The position numbers and the translations under genes were made by a program. The notes beneath the pieces were generated by a model. The model saw only the letters and a program-made list of their open reading frames with translations, ran no database searches and had not been told where the DNA came from. A stretch of DNA of 64,000 nt, taken from NCBI GenBank assembly GCA_001443385.1, contig LDXP01000002.1, positions 38,534-102,533 on the forward strand, written 5' to 3'. This DNA comes from Candidatus Rokubacteria bacterium CSP1-6 (GTDB lineage Bacteria; Methylomirabilota; Methylomirabilia; Rokubacteriales; CSP1-6). This document shows, piece by piece, positions 19,700-29,629 of the stretch. Within the stretch, counting starts at the first letter, position 1. Each line of letters opens with the position of its first letter.

Positions 19700-20071
19700 A
19701 TGGATGCGATTGGACTGGTCGAGGCGAGTCAGCTGAAAAAGAACCGCGGCGACTTCGCCCCGGGCGACACGGTGAAGGTGCAGGTCAAGGTCGTCGAGGG
19801 CGAGAAGGAACGCATCCAGGCCTTCGAGGGCGTGGTGATCCGGAAGCGCGGGGAAGGAGCGCGCGCGTCCTTCACGGTGAGGCGGATTTCCTACGGCGTC
19901 GGCGTGGAGCGCACGTTCCCGCTGCACTCCCCGATGATCGAGCGCGTCCAGGTCGTGCGCCGGGGTGACGTCCGCCGATCGAAGCTCTACTACCTGCGCG
20001 CCCTCTCGGGCAAGGCGGCCCGGCTCAAGGAAAAGCGGGCCGTTGTCCCCACCAGCGGCGAGTCCTCCTAG
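19700..20071 (+). CDS. rplS: 50S ribosomal protein L19
   Basis: [27 protein letters not shown]. Confidence 0.92.
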   Translation: MDAIGLVEASQLKKNRGDFAPGDTVKVQVKVVEGEKERIQAFEGVVIRKRGEGARASFTVRRISYGVGVERTFPLHSPMIERVQVVRRGDVRRSKLYYLRALSGKAARLKEKRAVVPTSGESS

Positions 20072-20089
20072 CGGCACGGTCCGGGCCCC

Positions 20090-20719
20090 ATGGGCGCCCC
20101 CTACCGCTACGAACGGGCGGCCTGGCGCTCGGGGCTGGAGCAGGTGGCGGGAGTGGACGAGGCCGGGCGGGGCCCGCTGGCGGGGCCGGTCGTCGCCGCC
20201 GCTGTGATCCTCGATCCGAATCGCCGCGTCAAGGGGCTTGATGACTCCAAGCGTCTCGCTCCAGCCCGGCGCGAGCGCCTTTTCGAGCAGATCCTGGAGC
20301 ACGCGCGGGGGGTAGGAGTCGGCATCGTGGATCCCCAGACCATCGATCGCGTGAACATCCTTGAGGCCACCCGGCGCGCGATGTACGAAGCGCTCGGCAA
20401 ACTCACCCCCCGCCCCGACCTGGTCCTGATCGATGCCCTCCGCCTCCCCGCGCTGGCATGCCCACAGAAGCCGCTCGTCCACGGCGACAGCCGCTCGGCC
20501 TCCATCGCGGCGGCCTCCATCATCGCCAAGGTCACCCGCGATCGGCTCATGCTCGAGGCCGACGCCCGGTTCCCCGAGTACGGCTTCGCCCGCCACAAGG
20601 GCTACCCCACGCCGGAGCACCTGGCGGCCCTCGAGAAGCACGGCCCCTGCCCCATTCACCGGCGCACCTTCCACGGCGTCTGGATCCAGGGCGAACTCTT
20701 CGAAAGGAGTGGACCATGA
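20090..20719 (+). CDS. rnhB: ribonuclease HII
   Basis: GVDEAGRGPLAGPVVAAAV..DDSKRL. Confidence 0.92.
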   Translation: MGAPYRYERAAWRSGLEQVAGVDEAGRGPLAGPVVAAAVILDPNRRVKGLDDSKRLAPARRERLFEQILEHARGVGVGIVDPQTIDRVNILEATRRAMYEALGKLTPRPDLVLIDALRLPALACPQKPLVHGDSRSASIAAASIIAKVTRDRLMLEADARFPEYGFARHKGYPTPEHLAALEKHGPCPIHRRTFHGVWIQGELFERSGP

Positions 20720-21174
20720 CCGCCTCCGCGCTTCGCCTCGGGATCGCTCTCCTCCTTCTCGGCTGGGCCCCACTGCTGACCACGGCCCAACCGGCGTGCG
20801 CCCCGACCGCTCCGGACATGGAAGGCCCCTTTTACAAGCCGGGGGCACCAGTGCGCGAGAGCACGGGCAAGGGCTTCGTGGTGAGCGGCACGGTGAAGTC
20901 CGCGGGCTCGTGCGCGCCCATTGGCGCCGCGCGGGTCGAATGGTGGCAGGCCAACCCCAGGGGAACCTACGACGACGAGCACCGCGGAACTCTGGTGACG
21001 CGCAGCGACGGCACGTACCGCTTCGAGACGGATCCTCCCCCGCCCTACTTCGGCCGGCCGCCCCACATCCACTTCAAGGTGTTCGCGCCCGGCCATCGGG
21101 CGCTCACGACCCAGCTCTACCCCAAGCCCGGACAGACCGAGATGACGTTCGACCTCGTGGTAGTGAAGCAGTAG
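20716..21174 (+). CDS. secreted intradiol ring-cleavage dioxygenase-like domain protein (152 aa)
   Basis: The ATG at 20716 overlaps the rnhB stop. A signal peptide MTASALRLGIALLLLGWAPLLTTAQ is present. Core motifs WQANPRGTY and GRPPHIHFKV resemble the dioxygenase C-terminal domain. Confidence 0.7.
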   Translation: MTASALRLGIALLLLGWAPLLTTAQPACAPTAPDMEGPFYKPGAPVRESTGKGFVVSGTVKSAGSCAPIGAARVEWWQANPRGTYDDEHRGTLVTRSDGTYRFETDPPPPYFGRPPHIHFKVFAPGHRALTTQLYPKPGQTEMTFDLVVVKQ

Positions 21175-21204
21175 CGCATGCAGAACATGTCTTCGCTCCG
21201 TTCG

Positions 21205-21225
21205 AGCGGCGGCTTCGCCGCCGCA
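21205..21225 (+). terminator. perfect hairpin GCGGCGGC-TTC-GCCGCCGC after the dioxygenase-like gene
   Basis: An 8-bp GC stem with a 3-nt loop lies 31 nt after the stop. Confidence 0.35.
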
Positions 21226-21229
21226 ACCC

Positions 21230-21271
21230 CGGGGGGAGGTATCGGAAGGGGGGCGTAGCCCCCTCCGAGTG
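21230..21271 (+). repeat. GC-rich hairpin repeat, copy 3
   Basis: CGGGGGGAGGTATCGGAAGGGGGGCGTAGCCCCCTCCGAGTG. Intergenic before yraN. Confidence 0.85.
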
Positions 21272-21276
21272 ATGTC

Positions 21277-21651
21277 ATGGACCCCCGGCGCTCGGTCGGG
21301 AAACGGGGCGAAGAGGAGGCCGCGCGGTTTCTCCAGAAGCGCGGCTTCGCCATTCTCGACCGGAACGTCCGCTCCCGCCTCGGCGAGATCGATCTCGTGG
21401 CGCGCGACGGCAAGGCCCTCGTCTTCGTCGAGGTCAAGACCCTCCGGGAGCGCGACGGGGACCCGCCCCAGGCGGCCGTCGGGCAGAGCAAGCAGCGCCG
21501 GCTGGGGCAGCTGGCCCAGCACTATCTCAAGTGGAAGCGCCTGGGCGAGGTCGCCTGCCGCTTCGACGTGGTCGCCGTCACCCTGGACGCCCGGGACCGC
21601 GTCACGGCCCTTCGCCATCTCCCCGCCGCTTTCGACGTGGAGGCCTGGTAG
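21277..21651 (+). CDS. yraN: YraN family (UPF0102) putative endonuclease
   Basis: GEEEAARFLQKRGF..GEIDLVARDG..VFVEVK. Confidence 0.85.
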   Translation: MDPRRSVGKRGEEEAARFLQKRGFAILDRNVRSRLGEIDLVARDGKALVFVEVKTLRERDGDPPQAAVGQSKQRRLGQLAQHYLKWKRLGEVACRFDVVAVTLDARDRVTALRHLPAAFDVEAW

Positions 21652-21787
21652 AATCCCCGCACCCCCCAAGATCCTCCCCCACCTCGGCCCTTGACTTGGC
21701 CAGGCAATGCTGCGATAAGGAACCTCACCGAAACGGCAGGAAGGGCAGCCAGCGTTTCTTGATCAGCGTGACGAAGGGGGGACTGAG

Positions 21788-22285
21788 ATGCGCCAGTATT
21801 TCACGCGGTTCGGATCCCTCGAGCGGTACGAGAAGGGCGGTGTCGAGGTCATCAACGACGATCCCAAAAACTACGTGTTCTCGAACATCTTCGAGGTGGC
21901 ATCGAAGTCCAAGCCGTACGAGAAGGTCGCCGTCGGCAAGAATCTCGAGTACGTCATTGAGGCGATCCGTGCGGAGGGCACCTCGGAGTGGCGGGCCCCC
22001 GGGCATGACGAGTTCGCCCTCGTGATGGACGGGGAGGTCGAGATCCGGCTCATGAAGCTCGACAACCCGTCGGTGGTGCCGCCAGGCACCCAGGGCTCGA
22101 TCGCGCTCAAGGGCACGCCCGCCGGGCGCAAGATGGGGGTGGTCCGCACACGGCGCGGCCACATGACGCTGCTTCCCGTCGGCGCCGCCTATCAGTTTCA
22201 CGCCAATCGCCCCGGCGTGGTCCTACTGCAGACGATCGCCGGCAACGGCACGATCGAGCGGTGGGGGGACATCTGCCAGAAGTAA
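21788..22285 (+). CDS. cupin-fold protein (165 aa), possible small subunit of a two-subunit dioxygenase
   Basis: Single cupin motifs GHDEFALVMDGEVEI and PVGAAYQFHAN. It is 13 nt upstream of a 328-aa cupin-like ORF. Confidence 0.55.
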   Translation: MRQYFTRFGSLERYEKGGVEVINDDPKNYVFSNIFEVASKSKPYEKVAVGKNLEYVIEAIRAEGTSEWRAPGHDEFALVMDGEVEIRLMKLDNPSVVPPGTQGSIALKGTPAGRKMGVVRTRRGHMTLLPVGAAYQFHANRPGVVLLQTIAGNGTIERWGDICQK

Positions 22286-22298
22286 GGAGGAGACGCGC

Positions 22299-23285
22299 AT
22301 GACCGCCCATACTCTCCCCGAGATTGGAACCATTGAGCCGAACCAACACGGCTACCGGAGCTTCTCCCTCGGGAAGTTCGCGTTCGCCCGTGACGAGTAC
22401 TTCGCCTACATCCAATGGCCCAAGGGCCACCACCTCATGCCCGTGGACGCCTTCCTGCGCGCCCTGCAGCGTGATATCGCATGGGGGTTCTTCTACGGGA
22501 CCGTGAACTTCGACGCCGTCATCGGCACCCTCAACCACTACGGAACCGTCGATCTCTTCGCCGGCCGGTATAACGCGCACTACCGGAAGGCCGGGCTCGA
22601 TTACGTCGAGACCTTCAAGACGCCGCTGATCCAGCGCGTCTTCGAGGCAATGCTGGACGACTGGACGAACGCCACCTTCGATCCCTTCGCAAGCCCCGCG
22701 GAGACCGGCTCCGCGTTTGGTCCCAAGAACGGCCACAACAAGGAGGCGATCACGCGGCATCGCGTGACGGCCAGGCGCATGGTGGGCGCGCCCGGCGACG
22801 AGCCGCGCCGCGCCGACGACAACGGGTTTCCTGTCAACCGGGGGTTCGTCGATGTGCCCCAGGACGAGCCCGACGTCAAACCCGAGCCGGGATTCGAGGA
22901 CGAGGTCGTCGCCTTCAACCTGTTGGCCTACCTGTCCCGCTCGGATGTGACGTGGAACCCCTCGGTCGTTTCGGTGTGCAAGAACAGCCTCTACTGCCCC
23001 ACGACCGAGGAGTACATCCTGCCGATCATCCACGGCAACGACCGGGTGGAGTGGTTCGTCCAGCTCAGCGACGAGATTCACTGGGAGGTCGAGGATCGTG
23101 AGACAGGAGCCGCCCGGGCACGGGTCACCATGAAGCCGGGAGACGTCGCGGCCATGCCGGCGGACATCCGCCACCGGGGCTTCGCGCCCAAGCGCTCGAT
23201 GCTGCTGGTCTGGGAGAACGCGTCTCCGGAACTCCCGGCCTTGATCTCACAAGGCAAGCTTCCCACGAACCCCGTCCAGTTCTAG
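22299..23285 (+). CDS. cupin-like protein (328 aa), possible large subunit of a two-subunit dioxygenase
   Basis: Contains a C-terminal cupin (GDVAAMPADIRHRGF). Family is unassigned; function inferred only from context. Confidence 0.5.
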   Translation: MTAHTLPEIGTIEPNQHGYRSFSLGKFAFARDEYFAYIQWPKGHHLMPVDAFLRALQRDIAWGFFYGTVNFDAVIGTLNHYGTVDLFAGRYNAHYRKAGLDYVETFKTPLIQRVFEAMLDDWTNATFDPFASPAETGSAFGPKNGHNKEAITRHRVTARRMVGAPGDEPRRADDNGFPVNRGFVDVPQDEPDVKPEPGFEDEVVAFNLLAYLSRSDVTWNPSVVSVCKNSLYCPTTEEYILPIIHGNDRVEWFVQLSDEIHWEVEDRETGAARARVTMKPGDVAAMPADIRHRGFAPKRSMLLVWENASPELPALISQGKLPTNPVQF

Positions 23286-23289
23286 GGAA

Positions 23290-23940
23290 ATGGACCGGAA
23301 TCAGACCTTCGACCGAGTGTTACGGCTCGAGCCGGGACGGACCGCGCTGCTCGTGATCGACATGCAGCGGGGGTTCCTCGATCCGGGCGAGGCCATGGAG
23401 GTCCCTCCGGCGCGGGAGATCATCCCGCGGATCCAGGCGCTCCTGACTCTGTTCCGCGAAAAGCGCCTGCCCGTCATCTTCACTGAGTTCGCGTACTCCC
23501 AGGCCGTGCCGCTGCTGGTCGGCGAGCTCCACCCCGAGCACAAGCGGGCGCTGCCCGGGAACCCGCGCGGGTTCGGCCGGCCTTCGAGCTCGTGCCTGGA
23601 GGGCGAGGACAACGTCCACACGATCTCCGACCTGGCGCCCCGGCCCGGCGAGCTGGTGATCCGGAAGCGCTGGTACGACGCCTTCAACGGTACCCCGCTC
23701 GACGGCGCGCTCCGGGCCCGCGGGGTCACGTCGCTCGTTCTCACCGGGACCATGACGGATATCTGCGTCCTGGCCAGCGTGGTCGGGGCGTTCAACCGGG
23801 AGTACCGGGTCGTCGTCGTGGAGGACGCGGTGGCCACCCTCTGGCCCGAGACCCAGCGGGCGACGCTGGACATCTTCCGCCGGGCCTTCGCCCGGGTCGT
23901 CTCCGCCAAGGAGGTCGCCGACGAGGTCGCCCTATGGTAA
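23290..23940 (+). CDS. isochorismatase-family (cysteine) hydrolase
   Basis: ALLVIDMQRGF, and TGTMTDICV with the catalytic Cys. Confidence 0.8.
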   Translation: MDRNQTFDRVLRLEPGRTALLVIDMQRGFLDPGEAMEVPPAREIIPRIQALLTLFREKRLPVIFTEFAYSQAVPLLVGELHPEHKRALPGNPRGFGRPSSSCLEGEDNVHTISDLAPRPGELVIRKRWYDAFNGTPLDGALRARGVTSLVLTGTMTDICVLASVVGAFNREYRVVVVEDAVATLWPETQRATLDIFRRAFARVVSAKEVADEVALW

Positions 23941-23951
23941 AAATGGGGCAT

Positions 23952-24869
23952 ATGCGCTTCGGGGGCGTCATCCCGGCCAACCTCCTCCCCTTCAAGGCCG
24001 ACCTCTCGATCGACGAGACGGCCTACCGCCGCCACCTTTCCTGGCTCGCCAACACGAAGGGCGTCACGGGGATCACGGTCAACGGCCACGCCGCCGAGGT
24101 CTCGTCCCTCTCCCGCGACGAAAGACGCCACGCGCTGGCCATCGCGCTCGATGAGGTGGCAGGGAAAGTCCCGTTGATCGCGGGAATCTACACCGACGGC
24201 ACCCAGGAGGCCGTCGAGCTGGCCCGCGACGCCAAGGTCGGAGGGGCCGCCGGCATCCTGGTCTTCCCGCCCACCCTCTTTATGTGGGGCGCCCAGGTCA
24301 AACCGGAGATGGTGCTGCGCCATTTCACCGCCATCGCCGATGCGGTTGACCTTCCGATCGTCGTCTTCGAGTACCCGCCGGCCTCGGGGATCGGGTATTC
24401 CCCTGAGACCCTGGCCGAGCTGGCCAAGCTCCCCTCGGTGGTGGCAGTAAAGGACTGGTCCAACGACATCGTCGCGTTCGAGCAGAACCTCCGGGCGATC
24501 CGTCAGAGCGGCCGGCCGGTAGCCATGCTCTCCTCCTTCACCATGTCGCTCTTCGCCACCTTCGTCCTCGGCGCGGACGGTTGCATCTCGGGAATGGGGA
24601 GCGTCGCCGCCGATCTCCAGGCCGAGCTCTTCGAGGCTGTCCAGCAGGGCGATCTCGCGCGAGCCCGCGCGATCAATGACCGGTTCGACCCGCTGGTCAG
24701 GGTCTTCTACGCGCCCCCCTTCGTGGACATGCACAACCGGATGAAGGAGGCGCTGGCGCTCCTGGGGCGGATCCCTGCCGCCCACGTGCGCCCCCCGCTC
24801 ACCCCCGTGAGCGACGAGGAGCGCGCGCGAATCCGGCTGGCCCTCCAGGCCTCCGGCCTGCCCAAGTAG
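23952..24869 (+). CDS. DapA/NAL-family class I aldolase (dihydrodipicolinate synthase-like)
   Basis: GVIPANLLPF N-terminus, ITVNGHAAE, and the Schiff-base Lys region VVAVKDWS. Start is ambiguous among ATGs at 23934, 23943 and 23952. Confidence 0.78.
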   Translation: MRFGGVIPANLLPFKADLSIDETAYRRHLSWLANTKGVTGITVNGHAAEVSSLSRDERRHALAIALDEVAGKVPLIAGIYTDGTQEAVELARDAKVGGAAGILVFPPTLFMWGAQVKPEMVLRHFTAIADAVDLPIVVFEYPPASGIGYSPETLAELAKLPSVVAVKDWSNDIVAFEQNLRAIRQSGRPVAMLSSFTMSLFATFVLGADGCISGMGSVAADLQAELFEAVQQGDLARARAINDRFDPLVRVFYAPPFVDMHNRMKEALALLGRIPAAHVRPPLTPVSDEERARIRLALQASGLPK

Positions 24870-24995
24870 TCCCTCCGGCACCCCCCTTGCGACCGCCCGG
24901 CGGTTGGTGTATGAGATAGGGTCAACTTGACGGGAGTCATGTCCCCCTACACCTGCAAGGCATAGCCCGCAGCGGGCTGGCAGAAGGAGGTCCTG

Positions 24996-26300
24996 ATGGC
25001 AGAGCGATGGCAGGATGAAGAATGGGCGAAGGATCTCTGGTACAGCGGCAAGGCGACCCGCCGGAAGTTCCTCGGCCTCGGCGCCGCGGCCGCGGGAGCG
25101 CTGGGGGCGACGCTGCTGGTGCCGCCCCCCTGGCGGGAAGCCTTCGGCCAGGCGAAACCCTACAAGATCGGCACCCTCCAGCCGCTGTCCGGCGCGGGGG
25201 CCGCGGGCGGCAAGACGGCGCTGGTCGGCACCCAGATGGCCGTGGACCGGATCAACAAGGCCGGCGGCATCAACGGGCGCCCCATCGAGCTGGTCATCGC
25301 GGACTACGAGTCGAAGCCCGACGTCGGGCGGCGAAAGGCCGAAAAGCTCGCCGTCGAGGACAAGATCGACGCCCACCAGGGCGGCTTCCTCTCCAACGTC
25401 TGCCTGGCCTGCATGCCGGTCTTCGAGGAGCACAAGATCGTCAACATGATCGGGGTCTGCCTGGACACGACGATCACCACGTCCAAGTGCAGCCGCTACA
25501 CGTTCCGGTCGTTCGACTACGCACCGGCCCAGGCGGTGGCGTTCGCGCCCTACCTCGTCGGCAAGATGGGGAAGAAGTGGCACATCGCCTTCGCGGACTA
25601 CGCCTGGGGCCAGTCCACCCGCGACGCGTACGCGGAGCAGATCAAGAAGGCCGGCGGCGAGGTCGTCGGGACGACCGGCATCCCACTCGGCACAGCCGAC
25701 ATGACCCCGTTCCTCTCGAAGATCAGCGGCGCCTTCGACGGCTTTTTCGGGATCTTCTTCGGCAAGGACGGCGTGACCATCGGCAACCAGGCCTTCGACC
25801 TCGGCCTCACGAAGAAGTACAGGTGGGCGGGCGACGGCGCCATCGCGGAGGCAACGAACCTGCCGGCGCTGGGGAATAAGATCGAGGGGTTCGTCGGGAT
25901 CAATCGGTACGTGCCGGTACTGGACCCGCCACTCAACACGCCGCACCACAAGAAGTTCTTTGACGACGCCGTGGCCCGGCTCAAGCAGATCGACCCCAGC
26001 GGCCCCCTCCCCGACCGCTACGTCCAGGCGAACTTCGAGGCGATGAACGCGCTGAAGGTGGGCATCCAGAAGTCGGGGTTCCAGGGGCGCGCCGACACGC
26101 CGAAGCTCATCGCGGCCCTCGAGGGCCTGGAGATGAAGGAAGGCGACGACTTCCCCCAGGGCGACAAGACCCTCCGCAAGGACGACCACCAGGCGTTCCT
26201 GCGCGAGTTCATCTTCGAGATCAAGGACGGCAAGCACCGGATCGTGGAGGTCGTGCCGAAAGAGAAGACGGTCTTCCCACCGGCCTGCAAGTTCGCCTAG
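24996..26300 (+). CDS. ABC transporter substrate-binding protein, LivK/branched-chain amino acid (or amide/urea) type, Tat signal
   Basis: RRKFLGLGAAAAGALGATL twin-arginine signal. Periplasmic binding protein type I fold. Confidence 0.8.
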   Translation: MAERWQDEEWAKDLWYSGKATRRKFLGLGAAAAGALGATLLVPPPWREAFGQAKPYKIGTLQPLSGAGAAGGKTALVGTQMAVDRINKAGGINGRPIELVIADYESKPDVGRRKAEKLAVEDKIDAHQGGFLSNVCLACMPVFEEHKIVNMIGVCLDTTITTSKCSRYTFRSFDYAPAQAVAFAPYLVGKMGKKWHIAFADYAWGQSTRDAYAEQIKKAGGEVVGTTGIPLGTADMTPFLSKISGAFDGFFGIFFGKDGVTIGNQAFDLGLTKKYRWAGDGAIAEATNLPALGNKIEGFVGINRYVPVLDPPLNTPHHKKFFDDAVARLKQIDPSGPLPDRYVQANFEAMNALKVGIQKSGFQGRADTPKLIAALEGLEMKEGDDFPQGDKTLRKDDHQAFLREFIFEIKDGKHRIVEVVPKEKTVFPPACKFA

Positions 26301-26301
26301 C

Positions 26302-27099
26302 GTGGCGGCCGATCGCTCCGAGGGGCTGGCTTCCCCGGCCGGCAACGGCCGGGGAGGCGGCCCGGCTCCTCTCCTCCGGACCGAGGGGCTCACCATGCGG
26401 TTCGGGGGTCTCACCGCCCTCAACAAGGTGACCTTCTCGCTCCCGGCAGGCGAGATCCGCGCCATCATCGGCCCCAACGGCGCGGGCAAGAGCACGTTCT
26501 TCAACTGTGTGACCGGCGTTCTCCCTCCCACCGGCGGCCGGATCGTCTTCAGCGGCGAGGAGATCACCGGGCTGCCTCCCCATCGGATCTCCAAGAAGGC
26601 GATCGCGCGCTCCTATCAGATCACGAACATTCTCCCGGGCGCGACCGTGCTCGAAAACGTCCGGATTGCGGCCCAGTCGCGGCACCATAGCTGGAGCCTG
26701 TTCCGCCATCACCGCGCGTTCGGGGACCTGATCGACCGCGCCCGCGCCGTCATCCAGGCCGTGGGTCTCGCCGGCAAGGAGGACGAACTGGCGGCCAACC
26801 TCTCCCACGGCGAGCAGCGGCACCTGGAGATCGGCATCGCGCTGGCCACCGAGCCCAAGCTCCTCTGCCTGGACGAGCCCACCGCCGGCATGAGCCCGGC
26901 CGAGACCCAGGAGACGATGACGCTCGTCCGCCGGATCGCGAAGGACCTGACGATTCTGATCGTCGAGCACGACATGCAGGTGGTGATGGGGCTGGCCCAG
27001 CGGATCACGGTGCTGCATTACGGCGAGATCATCGCCGAGGGGCCGCCCGCGGAAATTCAGCGAAATCCGAAGGTTCTCGAAGTCTATCTGAAAACCTGA
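26302..27099 (+). CDS. ABC transporter ATP-binding protein (LivG-like)
   Basis: Walker A GPNGAGKST, LSHGEQRHLEIG, and LLCLDEPTAG. Confidence 0.88.
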   Translation: MAADRSEGLASPAGNGRGGGPAPLLRTEGLTMRFGGLTALNKVTFSLPAGEIRAIIGPNGAGKSTFFNCVTGVLPPTGGRIVFSGEEITGLPPHRISKKAIARSYQITNILPGATVLENVRIAAQSRHHSWSLFRHHRAFGDLIDRARAVIQAVGLAGKEDELAANLSHGEQRHLEIGIALATEPKLLCLDEPTAGMSPAETQETMTLVRRIAKDLTILIVEHDMQVVMGLAQRITVLHYGEIIAEGPPAEIQRNPKVLEVYLKT

Positions 27100-27806
27100 T
27101 GCTGACGGTCGAGGCGATCCACACCTACTATGGCAAGAGCCACATCCTCCACGGGGTGTCGCTGGAGGTGCGCCCGGGGGAGGTCGTGGGCCTCTTGGGC
27201 CGGAACGGCGTCGGCAAGAGCACGACGCTCAAGACGATCATGGGGCTGATCCACCCGACGGAGGGTCGGATCGTTTTCGAGGGGCAGCCCATCGCGCGGA
27301 CCGCGCCCCACCGGCTGGCCCGGCTCGGCATCGGCTACGTGCCCGAGGACCGCCGGATCTTCCGTCTCCTCACGGTGATGGAGAACCTCCGGACAGGCCT
27401 CGACCGTCGGGGCGTCACGGAAGAGCGGAGGAACATCCTCCTCGACAAGGTCTATCAGTCCTTCCCGGTCCTCGCGGAGCGGCGCTACCAGGCCGGTGGC
27501 ACACTCTCGGGTGGCGAGCAGCAGATGCTGGCCATCGCCCGGGCCATGATGCTCGAGCCCAAGATCATCCTCCTCGACGAGCCCACCGAGGGCCTGATGC
27601 CGAAGATGGTCGCCCAGATCCGCGAGATCATCGGGCTCCTCCACCGGGAGAGCGTGGCCATCCTCCTCGTGGAGCAGAACGTCCCGCTGACGCTCGAGGT
27701 CAGCGACCGCATCTACATCATGGAGAAGGGCGTCGTCCGCCACCACGCTGCGGCCGCGGCGCTCCGCTCGGATGACTCCGTCATCCACCAGTACCTCGGG
27801 GTGTAG
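27099..27806 (+). CDS. ABC transporter ATP-binding protein (LivF-like)
   Basis: GRNGVGKSTT, LSGGEQQMLAIARA, and ILLDEPTEG. Confidence 0.88.
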   Translation: MLTVEAIHTYYGKSHILHGVSLEVRPGEVVGLLGRNGVGKSTTLKTIMGLIHPTEGRIVFEGQPIARTAPHRLARLGIGYVPEDRRIFRLLTVMENLRTGLDRRGVTEERRNILLDKVYQSFPVLAERRYQAGGTLSGGEQQMLAIARAMMLEPKIILLDEPTEGLMPKMVAQIREIIGLLHRESVAILLVEQNVPLTLEVSDRIYIMEKGVVRHHAAAAALRSDDSVIHQYLGV

Positions 27807-27809
27807 CCG

Positions 27810-28673
27810 GTGGCCGAGCAGCTCCTCATTCAGCTCCTGATCGGCCTCAGCAGCGGGATGATTCTGGCCCTGGTGGCCTCCGGCCTCACGCTGATCTTCG
27901 GCATCATGGACGTGGTCAACTTCGCCCACGGCGAGCTCTTCATGCTCGGCGCCTACATGGGCACCACCGTCCTCGTCACGACCGGGAGCTTCTGGCTCGC
28001 CCTCCTCGGCGCGTCGGTCGCGATCGCGCTCCTTGGCGCGGCCCTCCAGATCACCACCCTCCGCCCCCTCGTGGGCCGCGACCCGCTGACGACGATTCTC
28101 GCCACCTTCGGCATCTCCCTGGTGCTCCAGAACTACGCCCTCTGGCAGTACGGCCCGGTCGCGCGGAAGATCCAGGAGCCCATCACCAGCCAATTCCAGT
28201 TCTTCCACATCCAGTTTCCCTGGTACCGGATCGTCATCGCGATCCTCTCCGCCGCGATCATCGGCGCCCTGTGGCTCTTCCTCAAGTACGGGAAGTACGG
28301 GATCTGGATCCGCGCGACGACCCAGGACCGCATCATGGCGTCCGCCATGGGCATCCCCGTCCCGCTGGTCCACACGGCCGTCTTCGCCATCGGCTCGGCG
28401 ATGGCCGCGGCCAGCGGTGTCCTTTTCGGCCCCCTCGTCGGCGTGAACCACGCCATGGGGCTCGACTGGATTCTCAAGGCGTTCATCGTGGTCGTCGTCG
28501 GGGGGATGGGCAATCTCGGTGGGTCGATCCTGGCGTCCCTCTTCGTCAGCCTGCTGGAGGCCTTCGCGTCGCTCTGGGTGAGCCCGGCGCAGGCGGTGAT
28601 CGTCTCCTTCGTGGTGCTGATCCTGACGCTCCTCTTCCGGCCCACCGGCCTCTTCGTGCCCACACCGAAATGA
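27810..28673 (+). CDS. branched-chain amino acid ABC transporter permease (LivH-like)
   Basis: GTG start 3 nt after the livF stop. Eight TM segments. Confidence 0.85.
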   Translation: MAEQLLIQLLIGLSSGMILALVASGLTLIFGIMDVVNFAHGELFMLGAYMGTTVLVTTGSFWLALLGASVAIALLGAALQITTLRPLVGRDPLTTILATFGISLVLQNYALWQYGPVARKIQEPITSQFQFFHIQFPWYRIVIAILSAAIIGALWLFLKYGKYGIWIRATTQDRIMASAMGIPVPLVHTAVFAIGSAMAAASGVLFGPLVGVNHAMGLDWILKAFIVVVVGGMGNLGGSILASLFVSLLEAFASLWVSPAQAVIVSFVVLILTLLFRPTGLFVPTPK

Positions 28674-29626
28674 GCGCCCCCCGGTCGTCGAGCGGTTACT
28701 GGATGGGCTTCGCGATCGTCCTGGCGCTCCTGGCGGCCGCGCCCCTCGTGCTACCGGAGTTCTGGCGGCGCTTCGTGACGGAGATCCTCATCTGGGGGCT
28801 GCTGGCGATGTCGTCGGACATCCTCATCGGCTACACGGGGATGATCTCGTTCGGCCACTCGGCCTTCTTCGGGCTGGGCATGTACGGGGCCGCGGCCGCG
28901 CTCCTGACCGTCCGTCCGCCGAACCTCTGGCTCGCGCTCCTCTACGGCCTCATCGGCGCGGGGGTGATCGCCGCCTTCGTCGCCTACTTCGCGACACGGC
29001 TACGGGATATCTACTTCGCGATCACGACCCTCGTGTTCTCCCAGATCTTCTACGTCATCATCTTCACCTGGACGGAGGTCACCGGCGGGGAGAACGGCCT
29101 CACGTTTCGCCAGCCGCCCTTCTCGGTCCCGGCCGTCCTGTCCGTGCCGTTCACGCCCGTTACGCTCCACTGGTTCGTCCTGGCCGTCGTCGCGCTCTCC
29201 TACCTGCTCCTCCGGCGGATCACCCAGTCCCCCTTCGGCATGGTGCTCCAGTCCATCCGGGAGAATGAGCCGCGGACGCGCGCCATCGGCTACCACGTCG
29301 AGCGCTACAAGATCGTCGCCGTGATGCTCTCGGGGCTCTTCGCCGGGCTGGCGGGCGTCCTCTACGCGGTCCAGAACAAGTTCGCCGCGCCGGACTTCGT
29401 CTTCTTCCTCATCTCGGGCGAGGTGGTCATCTTCAACGTGATGGGCGGCATGGGGACCCTCGTCGGACCGGTCGCGGGCGCGGCCTTCTTCCTGCTGCTG
29501 CGGGAAGTCTTCTCGCGCTTCTTCACCGAGTACTACCTGATCCCGGTTGGCGTCATCTTCACCCTGATGGTCGTCTTCATGCCCCAGGGCCTTCTGGGGT
29601 TCCTCCGTCGCCGCCTGAACCAGTAG
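28670..29626 (+). CDS. branched-chain amino acid ABC transporter permease (LivM-like)
   Basis: The ATG at 28670 overlaps the livH stop. Multi-TM with the LivM pattern. Confidence 0.82.
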   Translation: MSAPRSSSGYWMGFAIVLALLAAAPLVLPEFWRRFVTEILIWGLLAMSSDILIGYTGMISFGHSAFFGLGMYGAAAALLTVRPPNLWLALLYGLIGAGVIAAFVAYFATRLRDIYFAITTLVFSQIFYVIIFTWTEVTGGENGLTFRQPPFSVPAVLSVPFTPVTLHWFVLAVVALSYLLLRRITQSPFGMVLQSIRENEPRTRAIGYHVERYKIVAVMLSGLFAGLAGVLYAVQNKFAAPDFVFFLISGEVVIFNVMGGMGTLVGPVAGAAFFLLLREVFSRFFTEYYLIPVGVIFTLMVVFMPQGLLGFLRRRLNQ

Positions 29627-29629
29627 CAG

